A stretch of 64,000 nucleotides of DNA. It comes from an uncultured delta proteobacterium (GTDB lineage: Bacteria; Desulfobacterota; DSM-4660; Desulfatiglandales; HGW-15). Each line of letters starts with the position of its first letter. Positions within the stretch are counted from its first letter, which is position 1. The notes beneath the pieces were generated by a model. It was not told the origin of the DNA. It did not search any database and saw only the letters and a list, made by a program, of their open reading frames with translations. Both the position numbers and the translations under genes were made by a program. The stretch spans positions 25,235 through 89,234 of the forward strand of contig CAVPDE010000026.1 of the NCBI GenBank assembly GCA_963702565.1, read 5' to 3'. Positions 19,586 through 29,340 of this stretch are shown here, in pieces.

Positions 19586-19978
19586 CTAACTTCCCTTTTT
19601 CTCCTTGATGTTTTTCCTTTCAAAAGCCGCTTCAATCTTGGAGACGAGTTCCGCAATTTCGCAGGGCTTGGTGAGATAGTCATAAGCGCCGAGCTGAATC
19701 GCTTCGAGAGCTGTGTCTATGGAACCGTGGCCTGTGAGAACCAGGACTTCCGTGAAAAGCCCGAGCTTTTTCATCTCGTGCAGCACGGCGACTCCGTCCA
19801 TGCCCGGCATCTTCAGATCGAGCACCATCACGTCAAAGGAGTTGTTCATGAGCGCCTGGAGCGCGGCGTCCCCGCTGTTCACGGCGGTGACCTGGTATCC
19901 CCTCCGGTTCAGGAGCTTGGACATGTTGTTCGCGAACACGGTCTCGTCATCGACGAGCAGGATTCTCGCATTTTTCAT
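19586..19978 (-). CDS. single-domain response regulator
   Basis: LLVDDE, LDLKMPGMDG, LTGHGS, YLTKP. Confidence 0.92.
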   Translation of the reverse strand: MKNARILLVDDETVFANNMSKLLNRRGYQVTAVNSGDAALQALMNNSFDVMVLDLKMPGMDGVAVLHEMKKLGLFTEVLVLTGHGSIDTALEAIQLGAYDYLTKPCEIAELVSKIEAAFERKNIKEKKGS

Positions 19979-20124
19979 ATAAGAGCCTCCCTGCGAGGAC
20001 ATTCTCTATTCTTAGACTGGGAATTCTGACGACTATAGGAGAAAAAAAGCGTCCGAGTCAAGGGGGAAGATCCCCCCTTTCCCGCCAGCTTTCAGAGGCC
20101 AGGAAAGAGGGGGCACCGTTTGTC

Positions 20125-20535
20125 CTACCAGTTCGGGAGGAAGAAAAGGAAGGCGACGGAGGTGATGATGAAATACACGAAAAAGACCATGAGGAGCCAG
20201 CCCATGATATCCCTGAAGTGGAGCTTTGCCACGGCGAGCATGGCAATGGCCCAGAACGGCTGAATCATGTCTGTCAGCATGTCGCTCCATGCGAAGGTGA
20301 CAACCGTGGCCCCCATTCCGAGGCCCAACTGCTTGGCCGCTGGGATCATGTAGGGGGCGACCACGGCCCACTCCCCCCCGCCCGAAGGGATGAGATAATT
20401 GAGGAGCCCGCCGTACCAGTACATGATGAGAGGGAAGGTCTGCTGGGTCCCTATGGCGACAAAGGCCTTGGTGAAGGCTACGGAAAGGTCCGTGAACTTG
20501 AAGAGGCCGAATATGCCTGCATAAAAAAGGAACGG
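20125..20535 (-). pseudogene. atoE: C-terminal fragment of short-chain fatty acid transporter (AtoE-like)
   Basis: Frame reads FLFYAGIFGLF...LNYLIPSGGGEWAV..P...DMIQPFWA..L......RDIMG; only about 136 codons; the upstream RBS/ATG is in another frame. Confidence 0.75.
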
Positions 20536-20715
20536 AGGCTGTAGGTGGCATCACCTCCTTTCAGGGAAAACAAGTATTTCCTTAGGTAGGTTTGAGTGAG
20601 ACGTGAAAAAGATTCTTGCCAACGGGAATATAGAAAAAGGCCCCTCCGGAAGTCAAGCGAGAACCTGAGCGGTCGATGATGAGACAAAACCCGAGGGCCT
20701 TTCCCTCATTTCAAA

Positions 20716-21933
20716 CTACTTCAGCAACTTAGTGACCTGCGGAGCACGGAGCCTGTGCGGTTGAGGCATGCCGCTTCCCAGCAGGGGCCGTGCATAAGCA
20801 TAGAAGGCTTCGGTCACATCGTTGGCTTCAGCGCTGATGAACTCGTCCGGCATGGTTTTTGTTCTGGCGGCAATTTCCGAAAGAGCGGACAGCTGATAGT
20901 CCACAGAGTAATTCCCTGTCCGATGGATGGTCACGGACCCGTCCGCATCATGCCAGAGGGCGTACTGCGCAGCCCTTTCTCCCACCTCGCGAGCTTCATT
21001 CTGGTCCACGTCGGAGACAACGCCCATGTAGCAGCGCTGGAGATATCCGTAAGTGTCGGCACGGACGCGGCTGATTTTCAGCTTCTTTTTGACTTCCTCT
21101 GCGAGAAGATCGCCGAGAGCCCCAGTGCCTGAGAGCTGGATATTTCCGTGCGCGTCTTTTTCCTGGGATTGGGTCAGCTTGGTGACGATCGGTGTAGCCT
21201 TCTCGTCTGTGATCCCTTCGCACACGGCGACAACGCACCTCCCAAGCTTCTTGTAAACCCGGTCCACATCTCCCAGGAACTTGTCGGGATCAAAGGGTCG
21301 TTCGGGAAGATAAATCAAATGAGGTCCGTCATCCGGGTAAGCGCGGCCGAGCGACGATGCGGCCGTGAGGAATCCGGCGTGTCGGCCCATCACGACGGCG
21401 ATGTAAACACCGGGCAGAGAACGGTTGTCGAGATTCGCCCCCATAAAAGCGAGGGCGACGAACCGGGCCGCAGAAGGATACCCCGGAGTGTGATCATTGA
21501 ACACCAGGTCGTTGTCAATGGTCTTGGGGATGTGAACGGATCTCATGTCATAGCCGGCCTGCTCGGCGTTTCGGTTGACGATGTTGACCGTGTCGGCGCT
21601 GTCATTCCCGCCGATGTAAAAGAAGTAGCGCACGTCGTGAACTTTAAGAACTTTGAAGATGCGCGAGCAATACTCCTCGTCGGGTTTGTCCCGCGTGCTC
21701 AGCAATGCCGATGAAGGCGTTAGGGCCACCTTTTCGAGGTTGTTCGTCGTCTCTTGGGTCAGATCAATAAAATCCTCATTGGTGATGCCGCGGACCCCGT
21801 TGATAGCTCCGTAGATCCGTGTCACCTGGGGAAATTTGCGCGCCTCCACGGCAACACCGATGAGCGACTGGTTGATGACCGCCGTCGGCCCGCCGCCCTG
21901 GGCAATCAGAACCTTTCCTTCGAGTTTGGCCAT
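20716..21933 (-). CDS. pfp: PPi-dependent phosphofructokinase
   Basis: QGGGPTAVIN, GGNDS (Asp at the donor-specificity position), PKTIDND, MGRHAG. Confidence 0.85.
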   Translation of the reverse strand: MAKLEGKVLIAQGGGPTAVINQSLIGVAVEARKFPQVTRIYGAINGVRGITNEDFIDLTQETTNNLEKVALTPSSALLSTRDKPDEEYCSRIFKVLKVHDVRYFFYIGGNDSADTVNIVNRNAEQAGYDMRSVHIPKTIDNDLVFNDHTPGYPSAARFVALAFMGANLDNRSLPGVYIAVVMGRHAGFLTAASSLGRAYPDDGPHLIYLPERPFDPDKFLGDVDRVYKKLGRCVVAVCEGITDEKATPIVTKLTQSQEKDAHGNIQLSGTGALGDLLAEEVKKKLKISRVRADTYGYLQRCYMGVVSDVDQNEAREVGERAAQYALWHDADGSVTIHRTGNYSVDYQLSALSEIAARTKTMPDEFISAEANDVTEAFYAYARPLLGSGMPQPHRLRAPQVTKLLK

Positions 21934-22070
21934 GATTCCTTCTCCCTGCTGTAGCAGAATATTTCTTCGGAAGTCTTGGAGGTTAATCTCGAAGCCAATA
22001 TAGAGAGAACCTCTCTTGGCTGTCAAGGGGGAATACCTTTGGGCCCACTGAGGCCTGTCCGCCTCTCATC

Positions 22071-22099
22071 CTTCCCCTCCCCTAGTGGGAGGGGGGAAG
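22071..22099. repeat. REP-like hairpin
   Basis: CTTCCCCTCCC CTAGT GGGAGGGGGGAAG; related motifs near 30527 and 61740. Confidence 0.5.
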
Positions 22100-22104
22100 G
22101 CCAC

Positions 22105-23286
22105 TCACAATCTTGCGCGAAGAATCGCTTTGATATCCTTGAGCTCAAGCTGGATCGGGTTGCTCTTTTGACCGGCTTGAGTAGCAAGCGCATCCAGATC
22201 AGATTCAGAGACTCCGTACTGACCGAGGTGAGGAATGGAGAGTCGCTCTGTCCACTCATCGAGCGTCTTGAGCAGCCGATCACAGGCAGCGGAAGGGTCA
22301 GCATCCTGTACACCTGAAACGACCCGGCCAAGCCTGGCGAACTTGATGAGCATGATGTCGTCAGACCTGCGGAGTTCTCGGAGGCGCTTGATGTTCATGC
22401 GGCAGGCTTCAGCCAGCAGGGTTGCACAAACGACGCCATGGGGAATAGGGACCACTCCCCCGATCGGTGAAGCAAGGCCGTGGATGATTCCCAGTCCCGC
22501 ATTGGCCAAGGTGATTCCGGACAGGAAAGCGGCATAGGCGAGGGATGAACGAAGCCCGATGTCGTGTCCCTGATCGGTTGATGCCGGGATCAGGGCGGAA
22601 GCCATGTGCTCGATGCCGCTCAAGGCGAGCGCATCCGTGACCGGAGAGGCTTGAGGGGAGACGTAGGATTCAAGAAGTTGTGTGAAGGCGTCCATGCCGC
22701 AGGCGGCAGTGACCTGCGGAGGGCAGGTGAGAGTCAATTCAGGGTCAACGATCGCGCAGACAGGAGTGAAGTGGTCGTGCCGGAGCGATTTCTTGAAGCC
22801 CTTCCTTCCCACTCTGCTGATGACGGCATTCTTCGTCCCTTCGCTTCCCGTGCCTGCGGTGGTGGGAACAGCGATGAAGGGCAAGGTCTTGCCGGGATGC
22901 GTCTTGGTCCCCACGCCTTCCAGATAAGGCGTGACAGGCTCACCCAAAGGCAACATGGCTGCGATGGCCTTGGCACAGTCGATGACGCTCCCGCCTCCAA
23001 CCGCCACGACTGTCTCCACGGACAGAGGGGCGAACTCCTTCACAGCGCTATCCACGGTTTCAGGAGAGGGTTCTCCGCTGAAACGGTGGCGATGGACCCT
23101 GAGAGAGGCTTTTTTCAAAGACTCCTCGCACCTCTCCCAGTGGCCTGTTCGATCCAGAGAGTCCCCGCCGGTGACCACCAGCACCGTTGCGGCATGAGGG
23201 GATACGATCTGACCAAGTTCTTTAACTCGGCCCGGCCCAAAAACCAGCCTTGGGGTTCTGTAGAAGTCAAAAGCCTTGATCACCAT
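22105..23286 (-). CDS. iron-containing alcohol dehydrogenase
   Basis: GEPS, GGGSVID.AK, PTTAGTGSE, DAFTQ, NAGLG..HG, PHG. Confidence 0.92.
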   Translation of the reverse strand: MVIKAFDFYRTPRLVFGPGRVKELGQIVSPHAATVLVVTGGDSLDRTGHWERCEESLKKASLRVHRHRFSGEPSPETVDSAVKEFAPLSVETVVAVGGGSVIDCAKAIAAMLPLGEPVTPYLEGVGTKTHPGKTLPFIAVPTTAGTGSEGTKNAVISRVGRKGFKKSLRHDHFTPVCAIVDPELTLTCPPQVTAACGMDAFTQLLESYVSPQASPVTDALALSGIEHMASALIPASTDQGHDIGLRSSLAYAAFLSGITLANAGLGIIHGLASPIGGVVPIPHGVVCATLLAEACRMNIKRLRELRRSDDIMLIKFARLGRVVSGVQDADPSAACDRLLKTLDEWTERLSIPHLGQYGVSESDLDALATQAGQKSNPIQLELKDIKAILRARL

Positions 23287-23302
23287 GGTGAATCACAAAG
23301 CC

Positions 23303-23593
23303 TCACGGGCAAATCACCCGGTACGGCACTCCCTTTCTGGGCACAGCCATCCAGGGAGCGACCGTGTCCCTCCACTTCAAGTAGTGAGGGGTGTTCTTGT
23401 GCGCAGCAGCGCCCTCTTCTGAGTTGTAGGCTTCGTAGAGCAGGAAAAGAGAGGGGTCTTGGGGCGACTGGAGCACGTCGAAGCGCATATTCTTCCGTTC
23501 TCTGACCGAGGCCTTGTGGTTCTCGATCGTCGCACCGATGAATTGCTCGACGTTCTCCGGTTTCACGTGGACTTCAACGATGGTCACAACCAT
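23303..23593 (-). CDS. LsrG-like / ABM-family protein
   Basis: V.VKPE..E.F, RFDVLQ...DP..F.LYEAY, HK.TPHYLKWRD.V..WMA.PR. Confidence 0.85.
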   Translation of the reverse strand: MVVTIVEVHVKPENVEQFIGATIENHKASVRERKNMRFDVLQSPQDPSLFLLYEAYNSEEGAAAHKNTPHYLKWRDTVAPWMAVPRKGVPYRVICP

Positions 23594-23618
23594 GGATTCC
23601 ACTCCTTTCCAGTCTTGC

Positions 23619-24491
23619 CTAGGAATAGGCGGACTGCTTTGCGGGAAGGTGGCCGGGCCTTTCGCAAAGATAGGCAGCACCCACCATCAGACCGAATCCG
23701 ACGACAAGCCTCAAATAGTCGGTACTCTCACCGAGGAGAAACAGGGAGGCGAGGATTCCAAGGGGGATCTTGAGGTTGTTGATAATCGCGAGCATCCCTT
23801 CATTTACAAACCGCGCGCCCTTGTTCCATAGGAAGAAGCAGATTCCCGAGGCGATGATGCCGAGGTAGACAAGAACGAGAACCTGCGGAGCCGTGACCTG
23901 GATTTGTGAGAACCGGGTCGTGAACATGGAGAAGAGAGCTGTGAGGATGACCGCGCCGAGATAAAGGAAGCCGAACACGGAGCGATCGCTCCACGAGGAC
24001 TGCTTTGCCGAAAGCTGTTTGTAGTACAGCTGGCCAAAGGCAAAAGCGATGTTTGAGATCTGCACCAGGACAATTCCCATGAGGCTCGCACGGAGAGGTT
24101 GATCAGGGTACTTGATGACCGCACCTCCCAGGAAGGCCATGGAGGCGGCCAAGAAGAAGAGGACATTGAACTTGCGGGAGTAAAGGTCATGGAAGAGGGT
24201 GACGAAGAGGGGCGTCGTTGTGGTGAGGAGGACAATGGTGTGAGCCGGAAGAAACTGGAATGAGGTGATGTAGGCAATGTACATAAGGCCGAACTGAACA
24301 GCCCCTGTAAAGGCGAGCTTCAATCCCATGGGCTTTTCAATGCCTCGGAATCTCAGAAAAGGCAGAAAGACGAGGAGGGACAGGAGCATCCTGGCAAAAG
24401 AGACGAAGTTCGGGTCAAGGCCCGTGAGGTGACCCTTGATGAGAGGGAAGGAAAAAGCCCACACAAGAGAGACAAGGATCAGGTAGGTCAC
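23619..24491 (-). CDS. EamA/DMT transporter
   Basis: VWAFSF, about 10 TM segments, [17 protein letters not shown] overlap with icd. Confidence 0.85.
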   Translation of the reverse strand: MTYLILVSLVWAFSFPLIKGHLTGLDPNFVSFARMLLSLLVFLPFLRFRGIEKPMGLKLAFTGAVQFGLMYIAYITSFQFLPAHTIVLLTTTTPLFVTLFHDLYSRKFNVLFFLAASMAFLGGAVIKYPDQPLRASLMGIVLVQISNIAFAFGQLYYKQLSAKQSSWSDRSVFGFLYLGAVILTALFSMFTTRFSQIQVTAPQVLVLVYLGIIASGICFFLWNKGARFVNEGMLAIINNLKIPLGILASLFLLGESTDYLRLVVGFGLMVGAAYLCERPGHLPAKQSAYS

Positions 24492-25711
24492 GAAATTCTC
24501 TCCATGTTGGCGCAAACAAGATCCGCGAACCGGGAGCACGAGACTTCTTCTGAGCCCTCCATCAAGCGGGCGAGATCATAGGTGACTTTCTTGGAATCGA
24601 AGGTTTTCTCAAGTGCCATTTCAATACGCGCCGCAGCCTCCGGCCATCCAAGGTATTCCAACATCATAGCGCCGCTGAGAATAACGGAAGAGGGATTGAC
24701 CTTGTCGAGGTTCGCATATTTGGGAGCAGTGCCATGGGTTGCTTCAAACAGCGCATAGCCGCTTTCATAGTTGATGTTCCCGCCGGGAGCCATGCCGATC
24801 CCACCCACCTGGGCCGCAAGAGCATCCGACATGTAATCTCCGTTGAGGTTCATGGTGGCGATCACATCGAACTCCTCAGGCCTCAGCAGGGTCTGCTGGA
24901 AGAAAATATCGGCAATGGCGTCCTTGATGAGGATCTTGCCGGGTGGCGCATTCCCGTTGCACTCATCCCAACTGACGACTTCATCGCGATAAGACTCCCT
25001 TGCAAGCTCATATCCCCATTTCCGGAAAGCTCCTTCAGTAAATTTCTGAATGTTTCCTTTGTGGACAAGGGTCACACTCTTACGGCCTTTGGCCAGGGCA
25101 TAGTCAATCGCGGCCTTGATCAATCTCCGGCTCCCAGATTTGCTGATCGGCTTTATGCCTATCCCCGAGTCCGGCCGGATTCGCCATCCGTATTTCTTCA
25201 GGAGGTGCTCCAAGAGGTCTTTTGTTTCCTGCTTTCCGGATTCCAGTTCAAACCCGACGTACACGTCCTCCGTGTTTTCTCTGAAAACGACCATGTCCAC
25301 CTTTTGAGGGTCCTTCAACGGAGTGGGGACACCGGGGAAATGGCGGACCGGCCGGACACAGGCATACAGGTCAAGGATCATTCTCAGTGCAACATTAAGA
25401 CTTCTAATTCCTTCGCCGACCGGTGTCGTGAGCGGCCCCTTGATGCCCACCCGGTGCTCTTGAAAGGCCTGAATCGTTTCCTGGGGAAGCCAATTCCCAG
25501 TCTCCTTGAAAGCTTTTTCTCCGGCGAGCACTTCTTTCCAGACGATCTTTCTTTTGCCCGGCCAACACAGCTCAACAGCGCGGTCCAGCACGCGTACGGC
25601 GGCTCTCCAAATGTCCGGCCCTGTGCCGTCGCCCTCGATGTAAGGAATGATGGGTCGATCAGGAACAACGAGTTTATGGTTTTCAAAAACAATTTTTCCG
25701 CCTGAGCCCAA
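24488..25711 (-). CDS. icd: NADP-dependent isocitrate dehydrogenase
   Basis: [58 protein letters not shown]. Confidence 0.95.
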   Translation of the reverse strand: MGSGGKIVFENHKLVVPDRPIIPYIEGDGTGPDIWRAAVRVLDRAVELCWPGKRKIVWKEVLAGEKAFKETGNWLPQETIQAFQEHRVGIKGPLTTPVGEGIRSLNVALRMILDLYACVRPVRHFPGVPTPLKDPQKVDMVVFRENTEDVYVGFELESGKQETKDLLEHLLKKYGWRIRPDSGIGIKPISKSGSRRLIKAAIDYALAKGRKSVTLVHKGNIQKFTEGAFRKWGYELARESYRDEVVSWDECNGNAPPGKILIKDAIADIFFQQTLLRPEEFDVIATMNLNGDYMSDALAAQVGGIGMAPGGNINYESGYALFEATHGTAPKYANLDKVNPSSVILSGAMMLEYLGWPEAAARIEMALEKTFDSKKVTYDLARLMEGSEEVSCSRFADLVCANMERIS

Positions 25712-25806
25712 ACCGGTATTCTCCTTTCACATGTGTAACCTAAGATCTGAATTCCCTATGTACCCAAGACTCCGGGAAAAATCGAGGCAAATTTCATCAA
25801 GATCCT

Positions 25807-26709
25807 TCAATCGTTTTTCTCAATGGGGCCTAACCTGAAAAAATCAGCTGCGCTTTTGCCTAGAATCCATTCCAGCTTTTCCTGAGGCAGCCCGGAGTTT
25901 CTCAGCCATTTGAGTTCCCTGTCCCAGGCATAAGGGATGTTCGGGAAATCCGATCCGTACATGACTCTATCCGACCTGTAAGTATTCAAGTTGACAGGCT
26001 CGTGAATAGGGAAGTAGTCCGCCAGCATCATCGTTGTGTCCAGCCAGAGGGTGTCGTATTTCTCAATCAGGTTTCTGTAAACGCCGATTTCATCAAATCC
26101 CAGGTGAGGCACGCAAATCCTCAGCTTGGTAAAGTTCTTTAAAACGTGCTCCAGCTTTTCAGCGCTGCAAATCTCATAGGGATCGCAGCGGTAGGCGACG
26201 CTCTTGGGCTCTCTGCCCACGTGCATCACCATCGGCTTCTGCTCCGACTCACAGACATCATAAATCACGTCCATTTCTTTGGCGTTCATGTCAAAACACT
26301 GGACGTGGGCGTGTAGTTTCACTCCCATGAGCCCCTGGCCAAAGGCTTCCTTGAGGATTCCCTCGGCATTTTCCTCGCCCGGAAACACGGCGGCCATGCC
26401 GGTTACCTTGCCGGGAAAGTCCCTGCAACTCTCCACCATGTGCTGATTCAGCATCCGCGAAATGCCGGGTTTGTGGGCATATTGGAGCGCTATGACATGA
26501 CTCTCGCCATGGGAGAGCAGATAGGCCAGCAGATCCGCGCTGCTTAGCCGGTATCGAATAGGCCAGGCGTTTTCGTCAAACCAGGCCCAGATTGCAGAAA
26601 ATATGTTCTCAGGAAAAATGTGAACGTGGGCATCAATGACTGGAGGAAGTCCTTGCGGAACCCTTTCCCCTTCTTCATCGTCGATCCCCGGGAGATTGGG
26701 TTTCAGCAT
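25807..26709 (-). CDS. amidohydrolase_2 family protein
   Basis: IDAHVH, GVKLH, MHVG, PHLG, YGSDFP; start overlaps upstream stop (TGATG). Confidence 0.85.
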   Translation of the reverse strand: MLKPNLPGIDDEEGERVPQGLPPVIDAHVHIFPENIFSAIWAWFDENAWPIRYRLSSADLLAYLLSHGESHVIALQYAHKPGISRMLNQHMVESCRDFPGKVTGMAAVFPGEENAEGILKEAFGQGLMGVKLHAHVQCFDMNAKEMDVIYDVCESEQKPMVMHVGREPKSVAYRCDPYEICSAEKLEHVLKNFTKLRICVPHLGFDEIGVYRNLIEKYDTLWLDTTMMLADYFPIHEPVNLNTYRSDRVMYGSDFPNIPYAWDRELKWLRNSGLPQEKLEWILGKSAADFFRLGPIEKND

Positions 26710-27182
26710 CAAGAGCCTCGTTCCGTAATCGCCGAGATGGCGAAACCATCCGCCAACGCGATAAGAGCCCAGAAGACGAGCTCGAGAGCGATAAGGCCAA
26801 GAGGTTCTCCCAACTGATTGAAGGGTGTGAAAAATTCCCAGAAGAGAAAGGTCATGACGAAAACCAGCAACGCAAAACGAAATCCCCGTTTGGCAACACC
26901 TGTCGGCCAGGATGGACAAAGCCACCGGTACAAATACGCGTGCACAATCCCAAAACCTATAATCCCAAGGATGATGGGAAGAGGTCGGTTGACCACAAGG
27001 GGCAAAGGTTCGAGTTCTGTCCACACCGCGATGAGCTTGCGGCTCTGGAACTCGGGATTGAGCAGGATGCCCTTCCCATCGGTGCCTAACCCGATGAACC
27101 GAAATGTCATCAGCATCACGAGGTTCATGGCGCAACCGCCCGCCACTCCCGCGAGGACGCTTCTCAGATGTGATGCACTCAT
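26709..27182 (-). CDS. hypothetical membrane protein
   Basis: About 4 hydrophobic segments; tightly packed with neighbours. Confidence 0.7.
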   Translation of the reverse strand: MSASHLRSVLAGVAGGCAMNLVMLMTFRFIGLGTDGKGILLNPEFQSRKLIAVWTELEPLPLVVNRPLPIILGIIGFGIVHAYLYRWLCPSWPTGVAKRGFRFALLVFVMTFLFWEFFTPFNQLGEPLGLIALELVFWALIALADGFAISAITERGS

Positions 27183-27197
27183 TTTTTCACCCCTCGC

Positions 27198-27263
27198 TTA
27201 CTCGAACGCGGTGGCTGCAAGGATGATGACGACACTCAGCGCTACCTTGATGAACACCTGCAT
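27198..27263 (-). pseudogene. N-terminal relic of a membrane protein (DUF3147-like)
   Basis: MQVFIKVALSVVIILAATAFE*; family resemblance from memory only. Confidence 0.4.
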
Positions 27264-27282
27264 GGGCTTCTCTCTTCCAACA

Positions 27283-27849
27283 CTATTTCTTCTTCAGGGC
27301 TTTGCCGATGCCCCAAGCCTTGCCGAGTTTTTCGCCTACTGACCAATAGTGGTTGTCAGGCATGCTCAGCGTGAAGGGGTTTATTTTCTTTATGTCCAAC
27401 TGATTATCGGTCATATATCTTTCTTCCGTAAACACCTCTTTGGGCTCGCCGATATAAAGCACATCGAACGGCAGTTTGACGGCCTCGTAGAGAGTGCATG
27501 ACATAGACACCGGGCATTCCTTGATGAGCGGAGCATGGGCCAGTTCCCCATAAAACACCTCGAAAAGCTCGGACTTGTCGGTTTTGCCGCCTGAAACCAG
27601 ACCACAATAATCCGTCTTCTCCATCAGTGAGACATCAGGGATGTTGATGCTGAAGGTTCTGTTTGCTTCGATCCCTTTGCTGGTGTGGTGAGGACCCAAT
27701 GCAATCAACATTAGGGGGGGCTTGAAATTCACTCTTGAAACCCATGCAGCAGCCATGAAATTCGCTTTTCCCTCGACCACAGAACCCACCAGCACCATGG
27801 GCATGGGGTACAAGAAAGCCGCACCGCTATCGATCTTGATTTTGCTCAT
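27283..27849 (-). CDS. flavin reductase / flavoredoxin family protein
   Basis: YPMP..LVG, ANFM, FSINIP, DYCGLVSG...DKS, AP.I.ECP. Confidence 0.9.
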   Translation of the reverse strand: MSKIKIDSGAAFLYPMPMVLVGSVVEGKANFMAAAWVSRVNFKPPLMLIALGPHHTSKGIEANRTFSINIPDVSLMEKTDYCGLVSGGKTDKSELFEVFYGELAHAPLIKECPVSMSCTLYEAVKLPFDVLYIGEPKEVFTEERYMTDNQLDIKKINPFTLSMPDNHYWSVGEKLGKAWGIGKALKKK

Positions 27850-27862
27850 GTTTTGTCCCTCC

Positions 27863-28315
27863 TTATTTCCTCCAGTTTTGTATCTCGACAATGTTCCCTT
27901 CGGGATCAGCAAGATACTGAAAGGTCAGCAAACCCACTCCAGGCACCTCTCGCACCGTAAGCTCACCGACGGCAGATCCGCCATGGCTAAAAACCGCCTG
28001 CGCTGCAGCTGCAACGTCATCGACCGCAAAGGCAATATGAGTAAATCCCGGGGTATTCGCCTTGACCGAAGGGTGCTCCGGCATGGAGCCATACTGAAAA
28101 ATCTCGAGGGTGGGGCCGTCGTCTCCGCATCCCGGAAGCCGCAGGTGCATCCCGAAGAGGTGTGCCCCGCTGATCCCTGTTGCCTTGTCCACCCACTCTC
28201 CGGACAAGTCCCGCTCAGGCGGAACAGGCACGCATCCGAAGACCTCCTGGTAGAAGGCGGCCAGTCGCTTCCAGTCTTTGGCGATCAAGTTCGTATGAGC
28301 GTATTTGGTCGGCAT
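27863..28315 (-). CDS. VOC/glyoxalase family protein
   Basis: HTNL...D..RL..FY..VFG, LEIFQY, HIAFAVDD, DPEGNIVEI. Confidence 0.9.
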   Translation of the reverse strand: MPTKYAHTNLIAKDWKRLAAFYQEVFGCVPVPPERDLSGEWVDKATGISGAHLFGMHLRLPGCGDDGPTLEIFQYGSMPEHPSVKANTPGFTHIAFAVDDVAAAAQAVFSHGGSAVGELTVREVPGVGLLTFQYLADPEGNIVEIQNWRK

Positions 28316-28368
28316 CTTGGCTCCTTCCTTGTTTTCGTATGGGGGTCCCGCGTCCCCAGTCCATAGGG

Positions 28369-28806
28369 CTAGTCGCAGTTTGGGCTCAGGCCCGCTTGTT
28401 CTCGTGCCTTTGGATTGCAAAAGACAGGGAATTCGAATGTAATTTCTCCGTGTGGTTCGTTCCGTATGAGTTCAATAACCTTTCTCTTGATGATGCCTTC
28501 GGATTGAAGCCCGTTCAGGGCTTCATCAATCACCACGGGGTCGAAAGAGCCGATAAGGCGCTTGGAGATCATCCACTCCGTTCGAGTATCTTTTGAGACA
28601 TATTGAAGAATGGCGTGCCTTGCTTGATCCACAGAACGCGCGAATTGCAGAAAGAACCAGGTCTGTGCTGCAAAGACGAGGGTCAGGGTCAGAATCACGG
28701 CTCCGAGAACTTTTCGGTTCATCTTTCGAAAGAAAAGGAGGGAGCCAATGCTTATCGCAAGACCGAGCACTGTGATCAACTTCTCCGGCGTGAAAATGGA
28801 ATTCAT
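28369..28806 (-). CDS. hypothetical protein, 2 N-terminal TM
   Basis: RBS AGGAG; two hydrophobic segments then a soluble domain. Confidence 0.6.
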   Translation of the reverse strand: MNSIFTPEKLITVLGLAISIGSLLFFRKMNRKVLGAVILTLTLVFAAQTWFFLQFARSVDQARHAILQYVSKDTRTEWMISKRLIGSFDPVVIDEALNGLQSEGIIKRKVIELIRNEPHGEITFEFPVFCNPKAREQAGLSPNCD

Positions 28807-28811
28807 TCGGT

Positions 28812-29150
28812 TTACTTCTCCTTCGGCGCAGTATCGGCTAAATCTCGTTTTGCGGATATATCCAGTATTCTGACCGGTTGATCGAAAGTTTTCCAACCAT
28901 GGCGCCTGCCGGAAGGTATAAAATAGCAATCGTTCGCATTTAGCAATCGGCGCTCTTGACCTACAAACATCTCGATTTGGCCTTCCAGGACAATACCACA
29001 CTGGTCGAACGAATGCTCATGCCCTGTATCTTCCCTTCCTAGATCTATCTTCATGCACACCATAATCAAGTTATCCCCAATTTCAGCCTTGCTCATAATC
29101 CCCGGCCTGAACTGTTCCAATTTCAATGTTCCCAGGTTCCAAAAAGACAT
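28812..29150 (-). CDS. cupin domain protein
   Basis: HEHSFDQ..IVLEG, IPSG..HG. Confidence 0.85.
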   Translation of the reverse strand: MSFWNLGTLKLEQFRPGIMSKAEIGDNLIMVCMKIDLGREDTGHEHSFDQCGIVLEGQIEMFVGQERRLLNANDCYFIPSGRRHGWKTFDQPVRILDISAKRDLADTAPKEK

Positions 29151-29183
29151 GGGTCCCTCCTTTTCGCCCAAATCCTTGCCGGT

Positions 29184-29318
29184 TCATTCGTAGAGCTTCT
29201 TGAGCAGCCACGCCATCCTTTGCCCAAGCGCACTTGCCAGCATCAGGCCTTCTTCATCCTTTTCCACATCCCTCTTGCCGTCTTTCCTGGGGCTTCCATT
29301 GAATCCAAGTACCTTCAT
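29184..29318 (-). pseudogene. internally deleted flavodoxin-like (iron-sulfur flavoprotein/FMN reductase) gene
   Basis: MKVLGFNGSPRKDG joined in frame to DVEKDEEG...LGQRMAWLLKKL, the family N- and C-termini only; RBS AAAGGAG intact. Confidence 0.75.
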
Positions 29319-29340
29319 CTCCACTCTCCTTTCGGAAGGA

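Noticed and set aside
20547..20562. GGCATCACCTCCTTTC resembling the 16S rRNA 3' end
   Set aside because: It is the complement of a perfect Shine-Dalgarno; no other rRNA sequence nearby. No rRNA or tRNA genes (including selC) were recognised in the window.
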